A program made the position numbers and the translations under genes. From the NCBI GenBank assembly GCA_002331045.1, contig DCYK01000013.1, forward strand, positions 1-50,178: 50,178 nucleotides of DNA, written 5' to 3'. Source of the DNA: Candidatus Saccharibacteria bacterium UBA2112 (GTDB lineage: Bacteria > Patescibacteriota > Saccharimonadia > Saccharimonadales > Saccharimonadaceae). Below, one piece after another: positions 24,942-32,806 of the stretch (position 1 is its first letter; the number at the start of each line of letters is the position of its first letter). Under the pieces are notes generated by a model. That model was not told the origin of the DNA, did no database searches, and saw only the letters and a list, made by a program, of their open reading frames with translations.

Positions 24942-26670
24942 ACTTTTCGCACCAGTCAAAAAACGCCGAGAGGAACGAAAGGCAAAACAAAAAGAGCTGT
25001 CTCTCGCGTTTGGCGAGCAGGATGCAGTAGACGTACTGTCCTACGCCGGTTTGGAGGAGAACGTTGACCACCTTTGTATCGACGGCGTTTATATCCGCAC
25101 GCTTTATATCTCCGGCTATCCGTTCGTGGCAAGCTCAGGCTGGCTCGACAGCCTCATCAACTTCAACCATGACGCTGATATCAGCTACCATTTGCACGAA
25201 GTCAACGCGCTCCACGCCTTGCCGAAACTGCACCGAAAGATTACCGAGCTTGAATCAACGCGCCGTTCGATGATGCGAGCCGGAAAGATCGTCGGATCGG
25301 AAATCACCGACCCGCTGGAATCTGCCATCGAACTGCGCGACAAGATCCAGCGCGGACAGGAAAAGCTGTTCCAGATGTCGATTTACGTTTGTCTTCGCGC
25401 CGAAAGTTTGGAAGAACTCAACAAAACGACGACGCTCCTTGAAGCAACTCTGTCCGCCAGGTTGTTTTACTCAAAAGTCGCACGCTACCAACAGCTCGAA
25501 GCCTTACAATCCATCCTGCCGCGCGGTGAAGATCAGCTGTCGCAGAAACGAAACCTCGACAGTTCGTCTGCCGCCCTGACGTTTCCGTTCATGTCATCCG
25601 AGCTGGTGCAGGAATCAGGCATTTTGTACGGTGTTAACAAATCGAATAACTCACTGGTCATTCTTGACCGGTTCAGCCTGCATAACGCTAACAGTATCGT
25701 CTTCGCACAGTCCGGCTCCGGTAAAAGCTACACGACAAAGGTAGAAATACTACGCCAACTCATGCAAGGCACGAAGGTACTGGTGATTGATCCCGAACGA
25801 GAATATAAAATGCTGGCCGAATCGGTCGGCGGTACATATATAAAGCTGTCCGCCAAAAGCAAGGAAAAGATCAATCCGTTCGATCTCGCCACAACATACC
25901 ACACGGCAAGCGACCTGTCCGAACACGCACAGGATTTGACGGAAGTCATCAGCCTCATGGCCGAAGGTCTGAGTTCGCGGGAAAAAGCGGCGGTCGATAA
26001 ATCTATCCTGCGTATTTATAAGAAAGCAAAAGAACAGCAGCCACTGCTTGAAGATTTGTACACCGAGCTACATAAACTCGGTCAGGTTAAACTCTGCGAA
26101 CGGCTAGAAAAGTACATCTCCGGCTCGCTAGCCGATGTGTTCAACGCGCAAACGAACATCAAACTCGACAACCGCCTAGTGATATTCGATATCAAGGATT
26201 TGCCTGAGAGTTTGCGCCAGATCATGATGCTGATTATCAGCAACTTCGTGCAAAATCAGGTGAAAGCCAAACCGGAAAAACGACTACTGATTATCGACGA
26301 GGGCTGGATGCTGCTCGAACATGAAGAGTCGGCACGATTCGTTGCCGGACTTGTCCGCCGCGCCCGCAAATACTACTTGGGCGTATCAATCATTTCGCAA
26401 CAGGCAAACGACTTTCTGCGCTCGGATTACGGCCGGGCAATCGCGTCGCAGTCGGCGCTTCGCATTCTCATGCGACAGGATACAACAACGATCAAGAATG
26501 TTGTGTCCGAGTTTAATTTGAGTGAATACGAACAGAGCTTTCTGTTGACCTGTGAGCGCGGCGACGCGTTGATCATCGCCGACCAAAACCATGTCGCCGT
26601 CAAGGTTGTTGCTTCGGATAAAGAGCACCCTCTTATCACGACCAATCCAGCGGAGCTTTACAGCGCATGA
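24934..26670 (+). CDS. virB4: VirB4-family T4SS ATPase (central and C-terminal ATPase part)
   Basis: 578 aa. Motifs are IDGVYIRTLYISGYP, Walker A AQSGSGKSYTTK and Walker B LLIIDEGW. An 8-nt overlap (ATGGATAA) links it to the previous ORF. Confidence 0.9.
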   Translation: MDKLFAPVKKRREERKAKQKELSLAFGEQDAVDVLSYAGLEENVDHLCIDGVYIRTLYISGYPFVASSGWLDSLINFNHDADISYHLHEVNALHALPKLHRKITELESTRRSMMRAGKIVGSEITDPLESAIELRDKIQRGQEKLFQMSIYVCLRAESLEELNKTTTLLEATLSARLFYSKVARYQQLEALQSILPRGEDQLSQKRNLDSSSAALTFPFMSSELVQESGILYGVNKSNNSLVILDRFSLHNANSIVFAQSGSGKSYTTKVEILRQLMQGTKVLVIDPEREYKMLAESVGGTYIKLSAKSKEKINPFDLATTYHTASDLSEHAQDLTEVISLMAEGLSSREKAAVDKSILRIYKKAKEQQPLLEDLYTELHKLGQVKLCERLEKYISGSLADVFNAQTNIKLDNRLVIFDIKDLPESLRQIMMLIISNFVQNQVKAKPEKRLLIIDEGWMLLEHEESARFVAGLVRRARKYYLGVSIISQQANDFLRSDYGRAIASQSALRILMRQDTTTIKNVVSEFNLSEYEQSFLLTCERGDALIIADQNHVAVKVVASDKEHPLITTNPAELYSA

Positions 26671-27209
26671 GCCCCGCGCTCATCCTCACTTTCGGCAGTG
26701 GGATGAAAAAGCAGCTTGCCATCGTGTTTGCCACTATGGCCGTCACGTTGGCGCTGCCGTTTGTCGCGGTGGCATCTATGGGTTCGGAAGTCCTGACGTT
26801 CCTATCAGGCGCACCGAGCGCGGAAGCGGCAGAAACGCAAGGATTCTATACTGGCGGGCCCGTACCTGGTAATACGTACGCTTGGGGCAACTGCACCTAC
26901 TGGGCGTTCGCGCAGAGGTTGTGGGCGAACAAACCTATTCCGACATCTTGGGGCAATGCGAATACATGGGACGACCGCGCACGGGCTGACGGCTATGTGG
27001 TTGATCATACTCCGAAAGTAACGGCTATATTCCAAACCGATGAGGGCGACTTCGGACACGTGGCCTATGTGACAAAAGTTGCAGATGATGGCAAATGGAC
27101 AATTACAGAGATGAACGCGCCGACGCTCAATGTAGTTAGAACAAGAACGTTCACTGCATCAGCAGCGCAGCACTACACCTTTATCCACGATAAGAAAGGC
27201 TCGTCATGA
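26667..27209 (+). CDS. Secreted CHAP-domain cell-wall hydrolase (T4SS-associated VirB1 analogue)
   Basis: It has a signal peptide (MKKQLAIVFATMAVTLALPFVAVA). The CHAP Cys is in GNCTYWAF and the His in FGHVAYV. The start is either 26667 (ATGA overlap) or 26703. Confidence 0.85.
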   Translation: MSPALILTFGSGMKKQLAIVFATMAVTLALPFVAVASMGSEVLTFLSGAPSAEAAETQGFYTGGPVPGNTYAWGNCTYWAFAQRLWANKPIPTSWGNANTWDDRARADGYVVDHTPKVTAIFQTDEGDFGHVAYVTKVADDGKWTITEMNAPTLNVVRTRTFTASAAQHYTFIHDKKGSS

Positions 27210-29695
27210 TCTTCCGGTACTTAAACCGCCGATATCTGAAACACCGCTCGATAGTATGGCTGGAGATCACGCCGCCCGCATCGATCGCGAAAACCCCGGC
27301 CGCGACAGAACACCTGTTTTCCGTCATTCATGGCAACCGTGCGGCACGCAGCTTACGAGACAGGTTGCTCGGACGCTCGCCTGTCATGAGTTTCGAGATT
27401 ACTTCGACCAAAAAAGACGGTATACGGTATCTTGTGCAGGTTGAGTCATCCAGATCGGACAGCATACAAAAGGCTATCGTGTCGTACATCCCGGATTCAA
27501 AAGTGTCTGTTATCGCTCCGCCGGAACAGAGACACGCCGAGGTCATAGAATTTAAACAGCAAAAACATTACGTGCTTCCCATCCGACTTGCATCCGCGTT
27601 TGATCAACATGACCCGCTTTCGTACATTACCGGCGCAATGACAAAATTGAATGACGACGAACAAATCACGATGCAGCTCATCGTGACGCCGGTTGTACTG
27701 CGTGAAGCGAAGAGCCTTTCGCGCCGTATACTCGGAAACGAAGATATATTGAGACGAATTCAAAACAACAAAGTGTCCTTTGTTAGCCGTATCGGCGAGC
27801 TGATGGGAGGTTTTGCGCTCGGCACGGCGGAAATGGGGGGCGAATTTCATAACGGCACGACTCGCAGTTACTATTCGTCAAAAGCAGGCAAAGATGCACA
27901 GTTTCAGTCGCAGGTCTTAAAGAGGCAGCGTCCGGCACGAACACTCAGCGCGTTCGAGCTTGAACTGATGGAATCGATGCATCAAAAAGTCACTAAATCC
28001 CTCTTTGCAGTCAATCTCCGTGTACTCATAACCAGTGACAATCCGAAAGAACACATCGCCGCATTTCGTTCGGCGCTTGATGCATACTCCGTACCGCCAT
28101 ACCAGGAACTGAAAGCAAAGCTGCGCCTGCCTTTTCTTAACAGTTACCGAGCCCGACTTGCCAGTTTGCGGCTCCCGTCACTCTTTCGGCGTCACGGATT
28201 GGTGCTGGCGGCGTCGGAAATTGCGAGTTTGTACCATTTCCCATCAAGCCGTATCAGCAAAACGGACAACCTCATTACATCTCTCAGCCGTACATTGCCC
28301 GCTCCCGTCACGCTCAAACAAAACAGGCAGCTTGACGTTATTCTCGGCGAAAATATCCATCATGGCACAGCAACTCCGATCGGCCTCACCGAACATGAGC
28401 GACAACGACATTTGTATATCATCGGTGGTACCGGCAACGGCAAGACAACGATGTTGCAATATCAAATCGTCCAAGACATACAAGGCGGCAAGGGTATCGC
28501 TGTCATCGATCCGCACGGTGATATGGCCGAAACCCTGCTTACTCATATACCGGAAGAGCGCATGAAGGATGTTATCTATTTCAATCCCGATGATTTGGAG
28601 TATCCTATCGGTCTTAACCTGCTTGAGCTGACGCCCGGACTCACTGGCAATGAACTGCTGCGCGAAAAAGACATCATTACCGAATCGGTTATATCGGTCT
28701 TTCGCAAGATATTCTCAGAAGAAGATACCGGCGGCCACCGCATCGAGTATGTGCTGCGTAACGCGATACAGACGGCGCTGACCGTCGAGAATGCAACGCT
28801 GTTCACCGTTTTTGATCTCCTCAATGATACGAAGTATCGAAGAGCCGTCATCAAGACGCTTGATGACAAGAACCTCATAAACTTTTGGAAGAATGAGCTT
28901 GGTAAGGCCGGGGACATGCAGAAAGTAAAGATGGCCGCCGGTATCACGGCCAAGATCGGCCGTTTCCTATTCTCGGCATCGGCGCGGCAGATATTGGAAC
29001 AGCCGAAATCAACCATCGACTTTGACGGGATTATCAATGACGGTAAAATCCTGATCTGCAATTTCTCGAAAGGGCTGATCGGCGAAGATACGTCGGAACT
29101 GTTCGGTATTACTATTCTCGCCAAGCTTCAGCTGGCAAGCCTCCGAAGGGCACGAATCGCACAAGCCGCCCGCCGCCCGTTCTATCTCTACGTCGACGAG
29201 TTCCAAAACTTCGCCACTACCTCGTTCGTGCAGATGCTATCCGAAGCCAGGAAGTACAAGATGTTCATGATAATGGCCGAGCAGTCGACAAGCCAACAGA
29301 AAGACCAGCAGATGGTGAGCGTTATCCTTGCGAATGTCGGCACGGTTATATGTTTCAGAACAGGCAACCCGCAAGATGAGCGTACGCTACTGCCACTATT
29401 CAGTCCGTATGTGGAGCAGGGAGAAATTAGTAACCTGCCAGCTTTTAATTTCTACGCCAAGTTATCCGCTATTCAGGCACAGGAACCAATGTCGGGACAG
29501 ACATTCCTACTAGAGGGTGAAGGAAACCCGGCTATTGCGCAAAAAGTTATCAAGCACTCTCGGAAAAAATATGCCAAAAAACAAGAAAAACAGCCAAAGA
29601 AAACCGATACAACTGATGCGAAGAGAAGAGCGACCAAGACAACTACTCCTTCGTTGGCCAACGGCGTGCTAGATATTGAAGCTGGACGAGGCTAA
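27206..29695 (+). CDS. VirD4/TraD/TraG-like type IV coupling ATPase with a large N-terminal domain
   Basis: 829 aa. Motifs are Walker A IIGGTGNGKTTM, VIDPHGD and Walker B FYLYVDEFQNF. No obvious N-terminal TM helices. Confidence 0.85.
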   Translation: MIFRYLNRRYLKHRSIVWLEITPPASIAKTPAATEHLFSVIHGNRAARSLRDRLLGRSPVMSFEITSTKKDGIRYLVQVESSRSDSIQKAIVSYIPDSKVSVIAPPEQRHAEVIEFKQQKHYVLPIRLASAFDQHDPLSYITGAMTKLNDDEQITMQLIVTPVVLREAKSLSRRILGNEDILRRIQNNKVSFVSRIGELMGGFALGTAEMGGEFHNGTTRSYYSSKAGKDAQFQSQVLKRQRPARTLSAFELELMESMHQKVTKSLFAVNLRVLITSDNPKEHIAAFRSALDAYSVPPYQELKAKLRLPFLNSYRARLASLRLPSLFRRHGLVLAASEIASLYHFPSSRISKTDNLITSLSRTLPAPVTLKQNRQLDVILGENIHHGTATPIGLTEHERQRHLYIIGGTGNGKTTMLQYQIVQDIQGGKGIAVIDPHGDMAETLLTHIPEERMKDVIYFNPDDLEYPIGLNLLELTPGLTGNELLREKDIITESVISVFRKIFSEEDTGGHRIEYVLRNAIQTALTVENATLFTVFDLLNDTKYRRAVIKTLDDKNLINFWKNELGKAGDMQKVKMAAGITAKIGRFLFSASARQILEQPKSTIDFDGIINDGKILICNFSKGLIGEDTSELFGITILAKLQLASLRRARIAQAARRPFYLYVDEFQNFATTSFVQMLSEARKYKMFMIMAEQSTSQQKDQQMVSVILANVGTVICFRTGNPQDERTLLPLFSPYVEQGEISNLPAFNFYAKLSAIQAQEPMSGQTFLLEGEGNPAIAQKVIKHSRKKYAKKQEKQPKKTDTTDAKRRATKTTTPSLANGVLDIEAGRG

Positions 29696-29910
29696 TTTTC
29701 CGAGCCGCGTTTTTTCGCAAACTCATCGTAGAGTTTTCGCATTTCCTCGTCAGACAGTGTATGGCTAAGTTCATGAAAAACTGTCTGATAGTATTCGAGA
29801 AATGCGATTCCGTCCTCTGGCGTCGCATGTTCCGGATCGACAGTCTTTAGATAGGCAATAACTTTGTCTATGTCAGCTTCGTTGATCTCGTATGCTTCGT
29901 AATCTGCCAT
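29692..29910 (-). CDS. Small acidic protein (72 aa), last gene of the PLD cassette
   Basis: The start lies 1 nt after the PLD gene stop. The sequence is rich in D/E (MADYEAYEINEADIDK...). No known motif. Confidence 0.5.
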   Translation of the reverse strand: MADYEAYEINEADIDKVIAYLKTVDPEHATPEDGIAFLEYYQTVFHELSHTLSDEEMRKLYDEFAKKRGSEN

Positions 29911-29911
29911 G

Positions 29912-30358
29912 TTACTCCTTTATGTATCTATTGATAGCGATAAACTTGCATAAGTCCTTTGCTATCGTTACTGATACCATTTTTCTCATTATCTCACAAC
30001 TATCATTGAACGATAAGATATTGAGACTCCCCTCATAGATGACCCTGCGATCAATGATAGCCAGCTTGCGATGATGGCCACTCGTATAAAGTACTGTGAC
30101 ACCTAAATCCTGCATTGCTGCAACGGCTTCGAGTGCCTGGTAGTAATAGTCACCGTCATGCTCAATTGGATCGCGCGTATTTACGATGATGCGTACATTT
30201 TTCCTACGCATTTTTGCAAATTCAGGCAACAACATGTTCATGCGCTTTTCGGTGATGAACGGGCTTTCTATTATCAACTCCTGCCTGCAAGTACCAATAT
30301 CGCGCATGAATGCTTTATAAAATGTGTTCTGATCGTAGAGTGACGTGCTATTCAGCAT
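29912..30358 (-). CDS. Single-HKD phospholipase D superfamily protein (Nuc-like nuclease candidate)
   Basis: 148 aa. The canonical H-x-K-x4-D-x6-GS-x-N motif is present as GHHRKLAIIDRRVIYEGSLNILS. No signal peptide. Confidence 0.85.
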   Translation of the reverse strand: MLNSTSLYDQNTFYKAFMRDIGTCRQELIIESPFITEKRMNMLLPEFAKMRRKNVRIIVNTRDPIEHDGDYYYQALEAVAAMQDLGVTVLYTSGHHRKLAIIDRRVIYEGSLNILSFNDSCEIMRKMVSVTIAKDLCKFIAINRYIKE

Positions 30359-30530
30359 GGTACATACTCTCCTCCGTGTCAGGCTCTATGACTCTGATTT
30401 CTCCGTCCACATACTCAAAGCCTAGATCTACTAGCTTTTCATACATTAGAATAAGACTTGGCTCGATAGTGTTCCACGACAGGTCAATGAGGTGCACCAA
30501 ATCGGAACAAAATCGAAAATTGTCGCCCAA
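30348..30530 (-). CDS. Small hypothetical protein (60 aa), first gene of the PLD cassette
   Basis: It overlaps the PLD start by 11 nt in another frame. No recognisable motif. Confidence 0.4.
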   Translation of the reverse strand: MGDNFRFCSDLVHLIDLSWNTIEPSLILMYEKLVDLGFEYVDGEIRVIEPDTEESMYHAE

Positions 30531-30713
30531 ACGGGCGGCTTTTTCTTTGGCCGCGCGAAGTGCAGGCCAGATGTTCTCTTGTAGGAATAAAGAAGCTGAT
30601 CATCATTTACGACTACGTTTGCTGTCGGTATGACGTGTGCTTTTTATTCATCGGGATCCAGCCATTTTATCGACTTATCTACTGGGATTGCCTCTTTATG
30701 CAAATACTAATCA

Positions 30714-32609
30714 CTACTCAACACGTGGTTTGCGAAATAGACGAGGTACGGATCGTACTGTCAAATCTTTAACGGCAATCGTCGTATTGGACGGGAAATA
30801 TAACCCACACAATGTACCCGTTTGATTGGCGGAATCATAGGCTTCAGCAACGATCTCGCCATTTACCAGTGCATAGATATTTGATCCATAAACCATCAAA
30901 CCTACACGTTTTCCTGCCGCAACGGTTCCCGTCGGCAAGCTCGTACCGACCAGCGCAACTGTTCCACCAGCAGTTGTGGTTTTTTGTATTTGTCCATCGC
31001 CACTCGATGTCCATGCGAGTCGATATGAATCTGCCGAGCCTGTCGCACCAGCAACAATATATGCCCAACCCGAAGTTTGCCGTGCGACAATCGTGCATTC
31101 TATTCGCACATTATGCGAACCTGGGTCGACAAATATCACACGCGTCGATCCATCCGGTGAAGCAATCCGCTTTATAGCTCCACCTTCAATACGGTATTGT
31201 GGAGCCCAGCCACTCCATGTTAAAGTCTGCCCGCCAAGTCCTGCATTTGTCGACACAATCGGATCGACCGCTGTACGACAATCCTCTGAAGTAAGAATAG
31301 CTCCACCCACTGCGCGGAGACGCGTAGTCAAAACATCAATGATTGTTTCCTGATAGTCTGTGCGGATACTTACGGGACCAGCAGCAGATACAACACGCGC
31401 TCCAGGGCCACCAGCTGTCGTACCCACATTCGTAACCCGTCGCAGTTGTGCAAAAATTGTGCTCCAATCGGTGCGCATACGCTCTAGTGCAGGGCGCATC
31501 ACAACAGCTGCTTCACCGTCAACAGAAATCGCTGCCGATTCGGATGAGTCACCAACATACACACCATAATTTTGCATCGCCTCAGCAAGTGCATACCCTT
31601 CCTGCGTCAAGCCAAGTGTCGTTATATCTACACTTGGCGGTATAGCAAAAAACGATCCCATCGGAACATTACCTGAATACGTTACCGTTCCCGCATCCTC
31701 TGCAGCCGCTGGCCATACGAATCCACGTAATAATGCTTCTGGCGGAATCGAGATACATAACGCATGAGGGATATAATATTTTGATAATTCATGTGAACGT
31801 ATCAGGCCGCCCGAGGTTGGAAAACGTGCGGCGCGAGTACCTGCGTTTCGTCCAGTTCCGAGCAAATCTGTGCGAGTAATAAAATCAGCCGTATAGGTAA
31901 CGTCGTCAACCTTTACTGTTTTCCAGTAGTCATACGCCCAGCGCCCATCGATAATACGCATCGACCCATCTGATCCTGTAGAAATAACGGGATCATAAGG
32001 GATACGATGCGTAAAGCTGATAGGGGTCCCATTGTTAGTATATGTACCTGTACCAATAGGATCTCCCGGTCGCGTAATATTCAAGTAGAATCCATAGCCA
32101 TTCAAGGTGTCATTAATCACTGGTGTCGCCGCCAAGAAATCAGCTGTTGCTGCATCTCCTGCCGTCTCATACACGCAACCATTGCCAATCGGCGTGTTCC
32201 ATATTGAATCTGCCGCAAACGGCTGCGTATCGGTACTGCGAAAAACAGCTGGTAAATACGCTGCTGGCACGCGCGAATCAACCGTTGGTGCATAACTTGC
32301 ATCAGCAACTGTCTGCGAGATCGACTGATCCGCCTTATCAAGGCTCGTCACCACGTTCGAGTTGAGTTGCGTCGTTGTGATCGACCCATCAGCAATCGTT
32401 GCAGCGGTAATGGCATTGTCAGCGATAGCAGCGGAGGTGACACTGTTGTTCTGAAGCTTTGCGCTAGTAATGGCGTTATCAGCAAGTTGCGCAGATCCGA
32501 CAGTATCTGCCTTGAGGGTACCATCACTGCTGTGAGATTGCGAGAGATAGTCGTTGAGGATTTGGCCCCAGGTGCCAGAGTCTTTGCCGGGGATGGGAAG
32601 GCGGGACAT
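30714..32609 (-). CDS. Tail-fibre-like / surface protein with N-terminal decapeptide repeats and C-terminal beta-rich domain
   Basis: The ATG at 32609 lies 9 nt after GGAGG, whereas the ORF-track GTG at 32615 is too close to the SD. The N-terminus is LPIPGKDSGTWGQILNDYL. Five tandem 10-aa repeats follow (LADNAITSAK/LQNNSVTSAA/IADNAITAAT/IADGSITTTQ/LNSNVVTSLD). 631 aa. Confidence 0.7.
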   Translation of the reverse strand: MSRLPIPGKDSGTWGQILNDYLSQSHSSDGTLKADTVGSAQLADNAITSAKLQNNSVTSAAIADNAITAATIADGSITTTQLNSNVVTSLDKADQSISQTVADASYAPTVDSRVPAAYLPAVFRSTDTQPFAADSIWNTPIGNGCVYETAGDAATADFLAATPVINDTLNGYGFYLNITRPGDPIGTGTYTNNGTPISFTHRIPYDPVISTGSDGSMRIIDGRWAYDYWKTVKVDDVTYTADFITRTDLLGTGRNAGTRAARFPTSGGLIRSHELSKYYIPHALCISIPPEALLRGFVWPAAAEDAGTVTYSGNVPMGSFFAIPPSVDITTLGLTQEGYALAEAMQNYGVYVGDSSESAAISVDGEAAVVMRPALERMRTDWSTIFAQLRRVTNVGTTAGGPGARVVSAAGPVSIRTDYQETIIDVLTTRLRAVGGAILTSEDCRTAVDPIVSTNAGLGGQTLTWSGWAPQYRIEGGAIKRIASPDGSTRVIFVDPGSHNVRIECTIVARQTSGWAYIVAGATGSADSYRLAWTSSGDGQIQKTTTAGGTVALVGTSLPTGTVAAGKRVGLMVYGSNIYALVNGEIVAEAYDSANQTGTLCGLYFPSNTTIAVKDLTVRSVPRLFRKPRVE

Positions 32610-32628
32610 TAGCACAGACCTCCAGTCT

Positions 32629-32690
32629 GGGGGATCGGGGAATGGGAGATGGGAAATAGGGAGAGGAAATGAGGAGAAAGGAAAGCAGGG
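32629..32690. repeat. ~62-nt polypurine (plus) / polypyrimidine (minus) tract with a degenerate ~7-nt GGGARAT periodicity
   Basis: The sequence is GGGGGATCGGGGAATGGGAGATGGGAAATAGGGAGAGGAAATGAGGAGAAAGGAAAGCAGGG. It lies in the 5' leader region of the tail-fibre-like gene. Confidence 0.7.
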
Positions 32691-32806
32691 TTAGCTTTTA
32701 ATGGTCTCTCTGCTTTGTTTGTCGTGAACATGACGACGGTATATCCCCTCAACTAGTGATTTGTTAATTTTAGTGTAGCATAAGGGAAATGGGAGTCAAG
32801 TTGGAA

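Larger units (their letters stand above)
8136..32615. mobile_element. Putative integrated conjugative element (ICE-like island) with mosaic cargo; boundaries are approximate
   Basis: A serine recombinase abuts a tRNA. The region also holds RHH, replication-relaxation-like and DUF3768 genes, a complete T4SS (VirB2/B6/B3-like, VirB4, CHAP hydrolase, VirD4-like), and accessory cargo. Housekeeping genes flank both sides. Confidence 0.6.

Noticed and set aside
24495-24959. A 154-aa minus-strand ORF lies antisense to the VirB4 N-terminal ORF.
   Set aside because: It is nested antisense in the tightly coupled plus-strand T4SS operon, and it has no motif.
30531-32615. The tail-fibre-like gene might be the target of a diversity-generating retroelement, with its C-terminal variable region templated by a nearby repeat.
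   Set aside because: There is no reverse transcriptase gene in the window. I could not see a template repeat of the gene's 3' end in the adjacent 30531-30713 spacer.
32616-32806. I looked for a direct repeat of the tRNA-Leu 3' half (e.g. GGTTCAAGTCCTCTCACGCGCACCA) to mark the right island boundary.
   Set aside because: None was found by eye here or in the 30531-30713 spacer. This is expected for a serine recombinase, so the right boundary remains approximate.
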